DNA from: Candidatus Berkelbacteria bacterium
Lineage (GTDB): Bacteria; Patescibacteriota; UBA1384; 2-12-FULL-50-11
Direction: 5' to 3'
DNA length: 64,000 nt
Assembly (NCBI GenBank): GCA_016432625.1
Contig: CP066697.1
Span: forward strand, 279,363-343,362
Positions 52,474 through 64,000 of this stretch are shown piece after piece. A program made the position numbers and the translations under genes. A model generated the notes under the pieces. That model was not told the DNA's origin and ran no database searches. It saw nothing but the letters and a program-made list of their open reading frames with translations. Numbering within the stretch: position 1 is the first letter of the stretch; the number at the start of each line of letters is the position of its first letter.

Positions 52474-55400
52474 ATGGCCGAACTTAAGTTAAACACCCGA
52501 ACCGAAAAAGCCGAGTTCAACCTCATGAACTTCGAGGGGCTGCGCATTCGCGTAGCTTCCACGACAGATGTTGAGCGTTGGAGCTACGGCGAGGTCCTAA
52601 AACCAGAAACGATCAACTATCGTACCCAGAAACCTGAGCGTGACGGTCTTTTTGACGAGCGAATATTCGGCCCGACTAAAGACTGGGAATGTTACTGCGG
52701 CAAGTACAAACGGATTCGTTACAAAGGCGTAATTTGCGATAAATGTGGCGTTGAAGTCACTCGTGCTTCTGTTCGACGCGAACGCATGGGTCACATTGAC
52801 CTTGCCGTTCCGGTATCACACATCTGGTACGTCCGTGGTGCGCCGTATGTCATGAGCACTCTGCTCGACATCTCCGTCACCGACCTCGAAAAAGTTAACT
52901 ATTTTGCTGGATTTGTAATCGTTGACGTTAACGAAGAATTGAAAGCCGAAGCGTTCGAGCAGCTGGATGGCGAGTTCAAAGCCGGCAAGCAGTTACTTAA
53001 AGACGCGCCTGAGCGCCTCGAGCAGCTCGAAAACAACTATAAAACAACCAAAGCCGAACTAAACGCCCTCCAACCAAAAACCGTTATCGCCGAAGGTAAA
53101 TTCCATGAGCTTTCATACCGTTTCGGTAACCTTATTAAGGTTGGTACCGGCGCTGAAGCCTTACTCGACCTCTTGAAGAAAGTTGATCTCGATGAAGAAA
53201 TCGCTGAGATCAGGGCTCTCGCCAAGGGTGCCTTACCAAACGCCTATCGTCGTTTGATGAAGCGTCTACGCTTAGTCACCGACATGAAACTGGCTGGTAT
53301 TAAGGCCGAAGATCTCATAATCGCTAAATTGCCGGTGCTGCCGCCTGATTTGAGACCAATGGTTCAGCTTGATGGTGGACGTTTCGCCTCTAGCGACTTA
53401 AACGATCTATATCGCCGCGTTATCAACCGCAACAACCGTCTAAAGCGGCTTATGAACCAAGGTGCGCCAGATGTTATTGTCCGCAACGAAAAACGCATGC
53501 TCCAAGAAGCTGTTGACGCCCTCATTGATAACTCTGCCCGCAAAAGCCAAACGACTACCGGCATCGGCCGGCAGCCAAGATCTCTATCTGATATGTTGCG
53601 CGGTAAACAGGGTCGTTTTCGCCAGAACTTACTGGGTAAGCGCGTTGACTACTCTGGCCGTTCAGTTATCGTCGTCGGCCCAAACTTGAAACTTGACCAA
53701 TGTGGTCTGCCAAAGGTTATGGCACTTGAATTATTCAAGCCGTTTGTCATCTCACGCCTAATTGCTGACGGCTATGTTCACAACGTCAAGAACGCCGCCC
53801 GCTTAATTGAGCGTGGCACGCCTGAAGTTTGGGAAATATTGGAACAAATTACTAAACAGGCCGTCGTTATGCTTAACCGCGCCCCGACGCTGCACCGTCT
53901 AGGTATCCAAGCTTTCCGACCGCTGCTAATCGAAGGTAAAGCAATCCAGCTACACCCGCTTGTTTGTGCTGCCTACAACGCCGACTTCGACGGTGACCAA
54001 ATGGCCGTACACGTACCACTCTCGGTTCAGGCACGTTTCGAAGCGGAAAGTTTAATGCTGTCAACGAACAACCTGCTTAAGCCGGCTTCTGGTGAGACAC
54101 TCGTCGCACCACGTCTCGATATAGTTTTTGGCATCTATTACCTTACCAACTCAGCCAAAGGCGTCAAAGGCGAAGGAAAAGTGTTTGGCTCGATCAGTGA
54201 TGTGCAGATGGCTCACACGCGTGGTGAAATTCACCCGCACGCCGCCATCCAGTTACGTCACGGTGAAGAGCGGATCGAAACCACCGCCGGCCGCGCAATC
54301 TTTAACTCAGTGATGCCAGAGGGCTACATCTTCGTTAACGACGTCTTGGACGCTAAAAAGCTCAAGAAAATCATCCGCGACATCTACAAGAAATTCGGCA
54401 AAGAAGCGACGGCTAAACTCGCCGACGACTTGATGGCACTCGGCTTCAGATTTGCTGAACGCTCTGGTATGACCATGGCAATTTCTGACATCCAAGTCCC
54501 TGAAATCAAGAACGAATATCTAAAACAGGGCGAAGAGGCAGTCGAGGAAATCACCAAACGCTACCGCCGCGGTCTCTTAAACGAGGATGAACGACGCAAA
54601 CTAACAATTGAGGAGTGGACCAAAGTTCGTGGCAAAATCGAGAAGGCAGTTTTCGATCAATTTGATCGCAACAGTCCCGTTTGGACGATGGTTGACTCCG
54701 GTGCTCGTGGCTCAAAGAACTCCCTTACTCAGCTCTCAGGTATGAAGGGCTTGGTGGTTAACCCGGGTGGTGAGATTATCGATATTCCAATCCGCTCTAA
54801 CTACAAAGAAGGTCTATCAGTACTTGAATACTTCATCTCCACTCACGGTTCCAGAAAGGGTAAGTCAGACACCTCGCTCAAGACTGCTGACGCAGGCTAT
54901 CTAACCCGTCGGTTAGTCGACGTTGCCCAAGACCTAGTCGTAACGACTGAAGACTGTGGTGTTAAAGAAGGTGTCTTAGTCTCGGAAAACGAAAGCGAGC
55001 AATTCGGCCAGTCATACGCTGATCGTCTACTTGGCCGCGTTCTGATTGAACCGATCAAAGACAAGAGCGGCAAGGTTCTACTCAAGACTGGCGAAGAGAT
55101 CACTGAGGACAACATCAAACACATTCTTGATAACGACATCAAACAGCTCACTGTTCGTTCAGTTCTCTACTGTAAGTCAGGCTGGGGTGTCTGCCAGAAC
55201 TGTTACGGTCGCGACCTAGCGACTGGCCGTAAAGTGGAGCTAGGCACCGCTGTTGGTATCATGGCCGCTCAAGCAATTGGTGAGCCAGGTACGCAGCTGA
55301 CGATGAAAACCTTCCACTCCGGTGGTGTGGCTCATGGCGGCGACGTCACGAGCGGTCTACCGCGCGTTGAGGAAATTTTCGAAGCCCGCCCACCACATAA

Positions 55401-56289
55401 TCCGGCTATTGTCAGCGAAGTCGCCGGTAAAATCTCAATCTACGAAGAGAAAGATCACCAGTACGTTGAGGTTATTAGCGAAGAAATTCCTGAGGAAGAG
55501 TACGAACTTGAAGAAGGTTACGAGGCAGTCGTTAAGAGCGGTGATGTTGTTAAGCCAAAACAGGCCATCGCAACTGCTCCCGACAAAAAGGCTGTCCGCG
55601 CCGCTATCGGCGGTAAGATTCGCCTTGAAAAAGGAAAAGTCTTCATCAAGTCGGCTGAGCCGCTTAAGGTCAACTACCAAGTACCTGCTGATTCAACCCT
55701 TCGGGTTAAAAGCGGCGAGTCAGTTGAGCGCGGCGACATGCTAACTGAAGGTCACCTAGATCTCACTATGGCACTCGAATTACGCGGTTTGCGCGACACC
55801 CAGAAATACATTATCCGCGAAGTTCAAAACATCTACGCCGGTCACGGTGCAGAGGTTAACGAAAAGCATATCGAGATTATTGCTCGAGCCATGCTGGCAA
55901 AGATCCGAGTTGTTGAAGGTGGCGAGTCCACCTTACTAACCGGTGGAATTGTCGACCGCTTGGTTGCCGAGCGCATCAACGACCGCCTGAAGAAAGATCA
56001 TAAGCAGCCCGTCCAATACGAGCAGATTGTTCTTGGTATTACCCGAGCTTCGCTCAACACCAATAGCTTCCTATCGGCGGCTTCCTTCCAGGAAACCACC
56101 AGCGTTCTTATCAAGGCGGCAATTCGTGGCGCTGTTGACCCACTCAAAGGACTTAAAGAGAACGTTATTATCGGTAAACTGATCCCCGCCGGTACTGGAT
56201 ATAACGCCGAACCGATCATTGAAGAAGTGGCCGCGCCCGAGCGTCCCGAAGCTAAGCCGCGGGTTGAATCGAAGGCTGAAACCGAGTAA
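52474..56289 (+). CDS. rpoC: RNA polymerase beta' subunit
   Basis: NADFDGDQM, Zn finger, GEPGTQLT. Confidence 0.99.
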   Translation: MAELKLNTRTEKAEFNLMNFEGLRIRVASTTDVERWSYGEVLKPETINYRTQKPERDGLFDERIFGPTKDWECYCGKYKRIRYKGVICDKCGVEVTRASVRRERMGHIDLAVPVSHIWYVRGAPYVMSTLLDISVTDLEKVNYFAGFVIVDVNEELKAEAFEQLDGEFKAGKQLLKDAPERLEQLENNYKTTKAELNALQPKTVIAEGKFHELSYRFGNLIKVGTGAEALLDLLKKVDLDEEIAEIRALAKGALPNAYRRLMKRLRLVTDMKLAGIKAEDLIIAKLPVLPPDLRPMVQLDGGRFASSDLNDLYRRVINRNNRLKRLMNQGAPDVIVRNEKRMLQEAVDALIDNSARKSQTTTGIGRQPRSLSDMLRGKQGRFRQNLLGKRVDYSGRSVIVVGPNLKLDQCGLPKVMALELFKPFVISRLIADGYVHNVKNAARLIERGTPEVWEILEQITKQAVVMLNRAPTLHRLGIQAFRPLLIEGKAIQLHPLVCAAYNADFDGDQMAVHVPLSVQARFEAESLMLSTNNLLKPASGETLVAPRLDIVFGIYYLTNSAKGVKGEGKVFGSISDVQMAHTRGEIHPHAAIQLRHGEERIETTAGRAIFNSVMPEGYIFVNDVLDAKKLKKIIRDIYKKFGKEATAKLADDLMALGFRFAERSGMTMAISDIQVPEIKNEYLKQGEEAVEEITKRYRRGLLNEDERRKLTIEEWTKVRGKIEKAVFDQFDRNSPVWTMVDSGARGSKNSLTQLSGMKGLVVNPGGEIIDIPIRSNYKEGLSVLEYFISTHGSRKGKSDTSLKTADAGYLTRRLVDVAQDLVVTTEDCGVKEGVLVSENESEQFGQSYADRLLGRVLIEPIKDKSGKVLLKTGEEITEDNIKHILDNDIKQLTVRSVLYCKSGWGVCQNCYGRDLATGRKVELGTAVGIMAAQAIGEPGTQLTMKTFHSGGVAHGGDVTSGLPRVEEIFEARPPHNPAIVSEVAGKISIYEEKDHQYVEVISEEIPEEEYELEEGYEAVVKSGDVVKPKQAIATAPDKKAVRAAIGGKIRLEKGKVFIKSAEPLKVNYQVPADSTLRVKSGESVERGDMLTEGHLDLTMALELRGLRDTQKYIIREVQNIYAGHGAEVNEKHIEIIARAMLAKIRVVEGGESTLLTGGIVDRLVAERINDRLKKDHKQPVQYEQIVLGITRASLNTNSFLSAASFQETTSVLIKAAIRGAVDPLKGLKENVIIGKLIPAGTGYNAEPIIEEVAAPERPEAKPRVESKAETE

Positions 56290-56300
56290 ACTGACTTGTA

Positions 56301-56717
56301 ATGCCGACGATTAACCAATTAATTAGGAAAAGCCGAAAAAGCGTGGCCAGCAAGTCCAAATCGCCAGCGCTTCACCGTGGCTTTAACTCTTTGAAGAACC
56401 GACCCGTTCAGTTTCCCAAGGGTCGGCCGCTCATCCGTGGGGTCTGCACAAAAGTCACCACCATGACGCCAAAGAAACCTAACTCTGCTCTGCGTAAAAT
56501 CGCCCGTGTCCGCTTAACTAGCGGCCAGGAAGTCACCGCTTATATTCCGGGCATTAAACACAACTTGCAGGAGCACTCGTTGGTTCTCGTCCGCGGCGGC
56601 CGCGTTAAAGATTTACCAGGTGTGAAGTATCACATTGTCCGTGGCGTCTTGAACGCTGACGGCGTTGAAAATAGAAAACAGGGTCGCTCTAAGTACGGAG
56701 CCAAGAAGGCGAAGTAA
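56301..56717 (+). CDS. rpsL: 30S ribosomal protein S12
   Basis: [25 protein letters not shown]. Confidence 0.99.
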   Translation: MPTINQLIRKSRKSVASKSKSPALHRGFNSLKNRPVQFPKGRPLIRGVCTKVTTMTPKKPNSALRKIARVRLTSGQEVTAYIPGIKHNLQEHSLVLVRGGRVKDLPGVKYHIVRGVLNADGVENRKQGRSKYGAKKAK

Positions 56718-57190
56718 TGAGAGGACGACGCAACATCAAACGCCCGGCTGTACTGCTTGATTCAAAGTACGCCGATCCACTAGTTACTAAGTTCATCAAC
56801 CGCGTCATGGAACGCGGTAAAAAAGATACCGCGGAACGCTTGGTTTACGCAGCTCTTGAGCGCCTTGCTAAGGAAAACAACAAAGAAGTCCCGGCCTTAT
56901 TCGCCGAGATCATTGAAAAGGCAGCGCCGATCCTTGAGGTTCGCTCTCGCCGTGTTGGCGGAGCAAATTACCAGGTCCCGGTAGAAGTCCGTCCAAGCCG
57001 CAAAGTCATTTTGGTTTTGCGCTGGATCGTCACCACTGCCCGAAGTCGCAAAGGCGTGCCGATGTCGGTCGCGCTCTACAACGAGATGAAAGATGTCCTC
57101 GGCGGCACTGGTTCAGTCATGAAAACCCGCGAAGACATGCACAAAATGGCCGAGGCCAACCGCGCCTTTGCCCACTTTGCTAGATACTAA
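56717..57190 (+). CDS. rpsG: 30S ribosomal protein S7
   Basis: [23 protein letters not shown]. Confidence 0.99.
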   Translation: MRGRRNIKRPAVLLDSKYADPLVTKFINRVMERGKKDTAERLVYAALERLAKENNKEVPALFAEIIEKAAPILEVRSRRVGGANYQVPVEVRPSRKVILVLRWIVTTARSRKGVPMSVALYNEMKDVLGGTGSVMKTREDMHKMAEANRAFAHFARY

Positions 57191-57203
57191 TTCTGGGGCA
57201 ACT

Positions 57204-59291
57204 ATGGCACGTGAATATCCGTTAGAGAGTGTCCGTAACTTTGGCATAATTGCTCACATCGACGCTGGTAAAACCACCGTTTCGGAACGCATCCTGTTCT
57301 TCACCGGTAAAACTTACAAGATTGGTGAAGTACACGAGGGTGCGGCCGTCATGGACTGGATGGAGCAGGAACAAGAGCGTGGTATTACTATCACCGCCGC
57401 CGCTACCACCACTTTTTGGAAAGATCACACGTTCAACATCATCGACACCCCGGGACACATCGACTTTACCGTTGAAGTTCAGCGCTCTCTGCGCGTGCTT
57501 GACGGGGCGGTGACCGTTTTTGATGGTGTGGCCGGTGTTGAGGCGCAAAGTGAAACTGTTTGGCGACAAGCCGACAAGTATAAAGTACCGCGAATCTGTT
57601 TCGTCAATAAACTCGATCGTATCGGGGCGGATTTCAAGCACGTTATTAAAACCATTCACGATCGTCTCGGCGCCAAGACAGCGATTCTCCAACTGCCAAT
57701 CGGCACCGAGGATCAGTTAAAGGGTGTTGTCGATTTACTCGAGAACAAAGCCCTGGTTTGGCCAAAAGAAGAAGCCACCGAACCCACGATCGAAGACGTT
57801 CCGGCCGATATGAAAGCCGAAGTCGAAGAGTATCGCAGTAAACTAATCGAACAAATCGCCGAAACTGACGAAGCCCTGCTGGAAAAGTTTTTTGCCGGTG
57901 AAGAGCTCGCTATTGATGAGTTGAAAAAAGCGCTTCGTAAAGCGGTCATCAATGTCGAACTCTTTCCCGTCATGGCTGGTTCTGCCCTCAAAAACAAAGG
58001 CGTTCAGCCGTTGCTAGACGCAGTTGTTGATTATCTTCCGTCGCCGCTTGATGTTCCGCCGGTTGAGGGAATTAACCCGAAAAACGAAGAAGAAAAAATT
58101 GTCCGCGAAACTTCTGACGACGTACCATTTACAGCCCTTGCCTTTAAAGTCGCAACCGATCCTTTTGTTGGCTCGTTAACGTTCTTCCGCGTCTACGCCG
58201 GAAAACTTGCTGCTGGCTCGTATGTTTTAAACCCTGGAAAAGGCGAGAAAGAACGTATCGGTCGCATCGTCCGCTTGCACGCCAATAGCCGCGAGGACGT
58301 CAAAGAAGTCTACGCTGGTGAAATTGCCGCTGCTGTGGGATTAAAAGCCACTACTACTGGCGACACTCTCTGCGCCGAAAATGCGCCGATCGTGCTGGAA
58401 CAGATCAGTTTCCCAGAGCCGGTCATCAAAATGTCAATCGAGCCGAAAACCAAAGCCGACCAAGAAAAAATGGGCGCTGCCCTGCAACGTCTCGCCGCCG
58501 AAGACCCAACTCTACGTTTATCTAAAGACGAAACTGGCTCACAAACGCTGATCGAAGGCATGGGCGAGCTTCACCTCGACATTATCGTCGACCGCATGAA
58601 GCGCGAGTTCAACGTTGAAGCCATTAAAGGCGCGCCGCAGGTTGCTTACAAAGAAACGATCAAAAGCACCGTCAAACAAGAAGGCAAATACATCAAACAA
58701 ACCGGTGGCCGCGGCCAGTACGGTCACGTTTGGCTGCAAATCGAGCCGCAAGAATCAGGAACCGGCTTTGAATTCGTCAACAAGATTGTCGGCGGCACCA
58801 TTCCTCGCGAATTCATTCCTTCAGTTGAAAAGGGTATCAAAGACGCCCTGACCAAGGGTGTAGTTGCCGGCTATCCAATGGTTGATATTAAAGCCACGCT
58901 TTACGATGGTTCGTACCACGACGTCGACTCTAGTGACGTTGCCTTCCAGATTGCCGGCGCCATGGCCTTCAAAGATGGTTGTAAAAAAGCTAACCCGATT
59001 CTCCTTGAACCGATAATGAAGGTTGAAGTCGTCACGCCGGAAGAGTTCTTCGGTAACGCGATGGGCGACTTAAACAGTCGTCGTGGCCGAGTAATGGGTA
59101 CCGAAGATCGCGGCAACTCCAAAGTTATCGACTCGCACGTCCCGCTTGCTGAAATGTTTGGCTACATCACTGATCTTCGCGGTATGAGCCAAGGACGAGC
59201 TTCGTTCACCATGGAATTTGACCATTACGAAGAGGCGCCGAGCAATATCACCGCTGGCATCGTTGGGAAAAGTGCCAAGGCAGAGGCGTAA
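57204..59291 (+). CDS. fusA: Elongation factor G
   Basis: [30 protein letters not shown]. Confidence 0.99.
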   Translation: MAREYPLESVRNFGIIAHIDAGKTTVSERILFFTGKTYKIGEVHEGAAVMDWMEQEQERGITITAAATTTFWKDHTFNIIDTPGHIDFTVEVQRSLRVLDGAVTVFDGVAGVEAQSETVWRQADKYKVPRICFVNKLDRIGADFKHVIKTIHDRLGAKTAILQLPIGTEDQLKGVVDLLENKALVWPKEEATEPTIEDVPADMKAEVEEYRSKLIEQIAETDEALLEKFFAGEELAIDELKKALRKAVINVELFPVMAGSALKNKGVQPLLDAVVDYLPSPLDVPPVEGINPKNEEEKIVRETSDDVPFTALAFKVATDPFVGSLTFFRVYAGKLAAGSYVLNPGKGEKERIGRIVRLHANSREDVKEVYAGEIAAAVGLKATTTGDTLCAENAPIVLEQISFPEPVIKMSIEPKTKADQEKMGAALQRLAAEDPTLRLSKDETGSQTLIEGMGELHLDIIVDRMKREFNVEAIKGAPQVAYKETIKSTVKQEGKYIKQTGGRGQYGHVWLQIEPQESGTGFEFVNKIVGGTIPREFIPSVEKGIKDALTKGVVAGYPMVDIKATLYDGSYHDVDSSDVAFQIAGAMAFKDGCKKANPILLEPIMKVEVVTPEEFFGNAMGDLNSRRGRVMGTEDRGNSKVIDSHVPLAEMFGYITDLRGMSQGRASFTMEFDHYEEAPSNITAGIVGKSAKAEA

Positions 59292-59474
59292 AATATTTTG
59301 AATCAAAAGCAGAGAAGCGCCGATGCGGTGCTTTTTTGTTTCGCAGGAGGTAGGGGAATTCATTGCGACGTCATCCCCCTACCTCCTGCACCTCCACCCC
59401 CGACACGCTCGCTCATGGCTGAAGGCAAAAAGCGACTTCATAACCTGCCTAGGGGTTAGATTCAGCCGCTTTTT
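59289..59474 (-). repeat. REP-like modular element, left end of the fusA-tuf insertion
   Basis: 59289-59383 is an imperfect inverted repeat of 60181-60272; contains TTCATTGCGACGTCA hairpin, CCCCGACACGCTC linker and the AATCTAACC/GCAGGTTAT hairpin. Confidence 0.88.
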
Positions 59475-59515
59475 AACTATTTAATAAAATACATACAAAA
59501 TACGGGGCGAAGGCG

Positions 59516-59544
59516 TTGACTTTGAGGTGGGTTTAGGGTATTAT
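59516..59544 (+). promoter_or_regulatory. sigma70 promoter
   Basis: TTGACT, 17 nt, TATTAT. Confidence 0.75.
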
Positions 59545-59549
59545 TCGCC

Positions 59550-59730
59550 AGCGTTCGACGGCTTCCTTTGGAAGCAAACTTCCGGCTGTGGCCAGGTTGT
59601 GCAAACAACCGACCTAAACCACGTAAGCCCCAATTCAAGAATCGTCGAACGAAACCGGCTCCCGCCACCATACGGGAGCCGTTTCATATTATGTATGAGT
59701 TGGGCCCGGGAAGTTCATCCCGGGCCCTTT
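59550..59730 (+). ncRNA. Candidate structured ncRNA of unknown class
   Basis: Between promoter and terminator; CGTTCGACG/CGTCGAACG closing stem; GGTTGT-GCAA-ACAACC hairpin; no RBS-supported ORF. Confidence 0.55.
59702..59730. terminator. Hairpin between the ncRNA and the convergent ORF
   Basis: GGGCCCGGGA-AGTTCA-TCCCGGGCCC-TTT. Confidence 0.7.
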
Positions 59731-59734
59731 CTGG

Positions 59735-59938
59735 CTACCGCTGTGGAGGCAAAGGGCCTCCGCCGAGTGTCTCGCCCATGCCTAACGCAAAGGCGATAAA
59801 CATGGGAGAAAGTGCGATGCCGATGCCGGCATACATCACCTGTTCCTGGTGAAACAAGGCAGCGATGCCGGTAATGATCAGTCCGAAGACTGTTCCAGAT
59901 GCGTATGGGTGCCTTCGCACAAAAGAAACGAACCTCAT
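59735..59938 (-). CDS. Small two-TM protein (67 aa)
   Basis: TAGGAGGT RBS; TATACT upstream; hydrophobic. Confidence 0.7.
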   Translation of the reverse strand: MRFVSFVRRHPYASGTVFGLIITGIAALFHQEQVMYAGIGIALSPMFIAFALGMGETLGGGPLPPQR

Positions 59939-60017
59939 CCGGTTACCTCCTACCGATGTTTCGCAGAGTATACCAGTTAACCCCCACCTAATCCATATAA
60001 AACCCGTCGAAAAGTAA

Positions 60018-60272
60018 ATCGAAAATTACCAAGCCATGGAACAGCGCGGTAATTTTCTCCTCAACCGCGTAGCGAGCGTGTCGGGGTGAGACCGCCAGTG
60101 AGAAGCCAACTGCTTGGCTTTGAACCGGTCGAACGGGTTGAGGCCTATTCGTAGAATGCCGAAACCCCGCTTCATTTGTTGGTAGGGGCTGACTTCGCAA
60201 TGAATTCCTCTACCTCCTGCAAAACAAAAAGCGGCCTTTGGCCGCTCGCTGCTTTTGATTCAAAATGTTTTA
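60018..60272 (+). repeat. REP-like modular element, right end of the inner fusA-tuf cargo
   Basis: ATCGAAAA..TTTTC hairpin, GAGCGTGTCGGGG linker, GGTAGGGGCTGACTTCGCAATGAA hairpin. Confidence 0.85.
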
Positions 60273-60371
60273 AGCTCCGGCTAGCGAGGGCGAATTGCTC
60301 ACGCTAGTCTGGATTTTTTAACAAAAGATATATATAATTCCGACTAATCTTCGGATTACAGGAGGAACCCC

Positions 60372-60851
60372 TTGGAAGAGAACGTTAAAGATGATCGGAG
60401 AATCTGGGCGCTGATTCGAGAAATCGATGAGGTTAAGAAGCGCTCCTTGCTTCCACCCGGACAGCAGGAAATGAGTAAGGCCAGACGATGCAAATTAGCT
60501 CGTCGGCTTATGTACCTTCTTGATGATGCGAAAGGCGTGATGACGGAAAGCGAATTATTCAGCCACCTAGGCACTACGGCTGAAGAGTATCACACGCAGT
60601 GTTCGCCAAAGTACGGTGATGCGACGATCGTCGAATTCGTCAGGTCTCGAGACGCCAAACTCGATAACCTACGCGAAAGGTGTTTAGACACACTTGATCC
60701 GAACAGGGTCAAGATCGGCACATCAAGGTCGAGTGGACGAGCGATTAGTTTCCTGAGCAATGCCGAGCAGGGCGCAGGAGCTGAACTCTCAATTGACAGG
60801 TGCATCTCGCTTCTCGAGGAGTTACGCAAAATCCAAGACGAGGCGAAATGA
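60372..60851 (+). CDS. Hypothetical protein
   Basis: AGGAGG then TTG; TATAAT upstream. Confidence 0.65.
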   Translation: MEENVKDDRRIWALIREIDEVKKRSLLPPGQQEMSKARRCKLARRLMYLLDDAKGVMTESELFSHLGTTAEEYHTQCSPKYGDATIVEFVRSRDAKLDNLRERCLDTLDPNRVKIGTSRSSGRAISFLSNAEQGAGAELSIDRCISLLEELRKIQDEAK

Positions 60852-60908
60852 AGACGATACGAAGGCCGAGGCGCGCAAGCGCTGAGGCCTTTTTCTTTAC
60901 TTATCACC

Positions 60909-61042
60909 CAAAAACCACGAGCCATGCTCCGTGAAACAGGATCAGCGAGCGGTTTTCACCTCGCCCCTGCGGGTGGCGTGCTTGGGTGGGGAGTGCAGAG
61001 GGGTAGGGCAGCGCTTCGCAAGTAGCACCCCTACCCCTCTGC
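60909..61042 (+). repeat. Diverged fifth copy of the REP-like element
   Basis: GCAGAGGGGTAGGG...CTTCGCAA...CCCTACCCCTCTGC preceded by an AAAACC..GGTTTTC stem. Confidence 0.65.
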
Positions 61043-61102
61043 TTGAGTTTTCGCTGCTACAATTAGGAAAGACGTCAGCACCCTGTCTTAACGAAAGGAG
61101 CC

Positions 61103-61132
61103 TTGACGCTCCTTCTGATAACCAGGTACAAT
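61103..61132 (+). promoter_or_regulatory. sigma70 promoter for tuf-rpsJ
   Basis: TTGACG, 18 nt, TACAAT. Confidence 0.65.
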
Positions 61133-61198
61133 AGCGAAGCTAGACACAATATGCAAACTAGTTAAATAATTATTAGGTTAAAGGAGAAGTTTAAATAA

Positions 61199-62380
<1,182 letters not shown>

Positions 62381-62402
62381 TCATCAATTTGTACCTTAGA
62401 AA

Positions 62403-62747
62403 ATGAGTGAATCAAAACACAAAAACGAAAAGCGCACACAAGCTAAGTCCTCGATCCGCATTAAGCTCAAAGCTTACGATTACCGGGTCATCGACCGTAG
62501 CGCTAAGAAGATAATTGAAACTGCTGAACGGACCGGGGCGGTGGTTGCTGGACCTATCCCGCTGCCAACGGAAAAGAACCTCGTCACGGTCAACCGTTCA
62601 ACGTTCGTCCACAAAGACGCGCGTGAGCAGTTCGAGATCCGCACCCACAAACGCATCATCGACGTCTTGGACCCAAATCCAAAGACTTTAGATGCCTTGA
62701 TGAATCTGGACTTGCCAGCGGGTGTAGACATAGAGATTAAGACTTAA
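62403..62747 (+). CDS. rpsJ: 30S ribosomal protein S10 (NusE)
   Basis: [27 protein letters not shown]. Confidence 0.99.
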   Translation: MSESKHKNEKRTQAKSSIRIKLKAYDYRVIDRSAKKIIETAERTGAVVAGPIPLPTEKNLVTVNRSTFVHKDAREQFEIRTHKRIIDVLDPNPKTLDALMNLDLPAGVDIEIKT

Positions 62748-62772
62748 GTTGAACTAAAAAACCTAAGCGCAG

Positions 62773-62801
62773 AAAGCCCCAGGTGAAAGCCTGGGCTTTT
62801 T
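62773..62801 (+). terminator. Intrinsic terminator after rpsJ
   Basis: AAAGCCCCAGG-TGAAAG-CCTGGGCTTTTT. Confidence 0.8.
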
Positions 62802-62817
62802 GTGCTAAGTAAACAAC

Positions 62818-63513
62818 ATGGATCCCAATAGTGATGAGTATAAGAATTTTCTAGCCTTCAAGGAAGATAGGCTCGGGACAGCAAAACTGCGAGATGAGGT
62901 TGTTGATAAGTTTGTTGGACATATCACAGATAATCTTAAGCAGCGACGTGAGCTACTGAAGCATATAACAATTATCTCCGCAGGTATTGTTGCGGTTTTG
63001 CCTGTGATACAAAACGGAAGCGATAATAGTAACTTGTTTTTCTGGGGAATATTCTTACTGCTAGTCACGGTGGTGCTAACGGTTAGTTATTTGCGAGAGA
63101 AGATGGACCTTGAAGGACAATCTCTGCAAGACAATTCGGAGAAGTATCTGACTATACTCAAGACAAAGCTTGCCCTACTTGATCGGTACATCGGTGAGCG
63201 GAAATTCTCTAATAACAATGTTTCTGAGTATCTGGATGAGTTGGAGAATGAGCCAACTATTAGAGAGCTTGGACGAGAGGTAGGTAAACCCGCAGAAAAA
63301 GAACGTTTAGAATATTTCTCTGAGTTCGTTGTCTTTTTATTCGTAAGCGCACTTTTCCTTTTAGCTTCAGCACTTGTTCCGTTGTCCCTAAATCCCTACG
63401 AGTTTTTTTCAACAATTGTCGTGATATTCATCGTTTCCTTCACTGGGTTTGCTTCATTACTCTCTCGAGTAATCACCGACATCATCGACTACTTTTTGCA
63501 TAGGATCAGGTAA
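62818..63513 (+). CDS. Hypothetical membrane protein (2 TM, helical region, 2 TM)
   Basis: 231 aa ORF; visibly AT-rich. Confidence 0.7.
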   Translation: MDPNSDEYKNFLAFKEDRLGTAKLRDEVVDKFVGHITDNLKQRRELLKHITIISAGIVAVLPVIQNGSDNSNLFFWGIFLLLVTVVLTVSYLREKMDLEGQSLQDNSEKYLTILKTKLALLDRYIGERKFSNNNVSEYLDELENEPTIRELGREVGKPAEKERLEYFSEFVVFLFVSALFLLASALVPLSLNPYEFFSTIVVIFIVSFTGFASLLSRVITDIIDYFLHRIR

Positions 63514-63524
63514 CCCTCTTGCGA

Positions 63525-63887
63525 CTAGGCCCGTATAATCTTTTCCATTGGCCTACCCTTGGCCAGGTCGTCGATGAGTTTGTCTAGAATTCGAACTTCG
63601 CGGACTATTGGGTCGGTGATTTCTTCGATCCGTACGCCACAGATTGTGCCAGTAACTTTAGTGCGGTTGGGATTGGGTTTGGGAGCTTGGGAGAAAAACG
63701 CTTCGAAATCAGTTTCGCTATTGAGTACGGCTTCTAATTCTTTTTGAGAATAACCCGTCAGCCAGCGGATAATTTCATCAACTTCAGCTTTGGTGCGGCC
63801 CTTTTTCTCGGCCTTGGCAACATAAAACGGGTACACCCCCGCCACCTTCATTTTATATATTCGTTGTTTCGACTTCTCGGTATCCAT
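63525..63887 (-). CDS. DUF2200 family protein
   Basis: [48 protein letters not shown]. Confidence 0.9.
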   Translation of the reverse strand: MDTEKSKQRIYKMKVAGVYPFYVAKAEKKGRTKAEVDEIIRWLTGYSQKELEAVLNSETDFEAFFSQAPKPNPNRTKVTGTICGVRIEEITDPIVREVRILDKLIDDLAKGRPMEKIIRA

Positions 63888-64000
63888 AATTAGTTCCCTT
63901 ATTCTACCAAACACCCCTAATTTCCTAGCATATGCTATGGCAATGGCCGGTCGTGATGACCGGCCAATACTTGGGAGCGAGCGGTTACTCGCGAGAGATG

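Noticed and set aside
59550-59730. SRP RNA or c-di-GMP riboswitch
   Set aside because: It lacks the SRP GGAA-loop/AGCAG motif. Only short fragments (CCTAAACC, CAACCGACC) resemble c-di-GMP aptamers, and no gene lies downstream on the same strand.
63937-64000. Start of a plus-strand ORF at the window end
   Set aside because: Too short to assess within this window.

Overview
This bacterial genome segment uses the standard genetic code. Gene content, short IF2 and Obg, and compact promoters suggest Patescibacteria/CPR (inference). The backbone is housekeeping: tkt-fba-gap, iscS-like, sod-nfo, uvrC/uvrA/uvrB, a WcaJ-like transferase with a GT4, gyrB-gyrA-infB, obg, rpoBC-rpsL-rpsG-fusA, tuf-rpsJ. 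The main unexplained structure is a family of modular, strand-asymmetric hairpin repeats that occur as inverted pairs around cargo DNA. One pair (15187-15273 / 26494-26581) brackets an ~11.4 kb island between uvrC and uvrA. That island has a consensus sigma70 promoter with an operator-like palindrome, a structured leader with a boxA-like motif, and ~25 co-oriented small, mostly membrane ORFs, many followed by related GC hairpins. Related His/Arg-rich peptides sit at its two ends. A second pair splits fusA from tuf and encloses a promoter, a candidate structured ncRNA and a small membrane ORF. No integrase, transposase, cas gene, tRNA or rRNA was recognised. Other oddities are a CdaA_N-CdaR-like fusion without a cyclase domain and a probable CTG start for rpoB. 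All family calls come from motif recognition by eye, not database searches.
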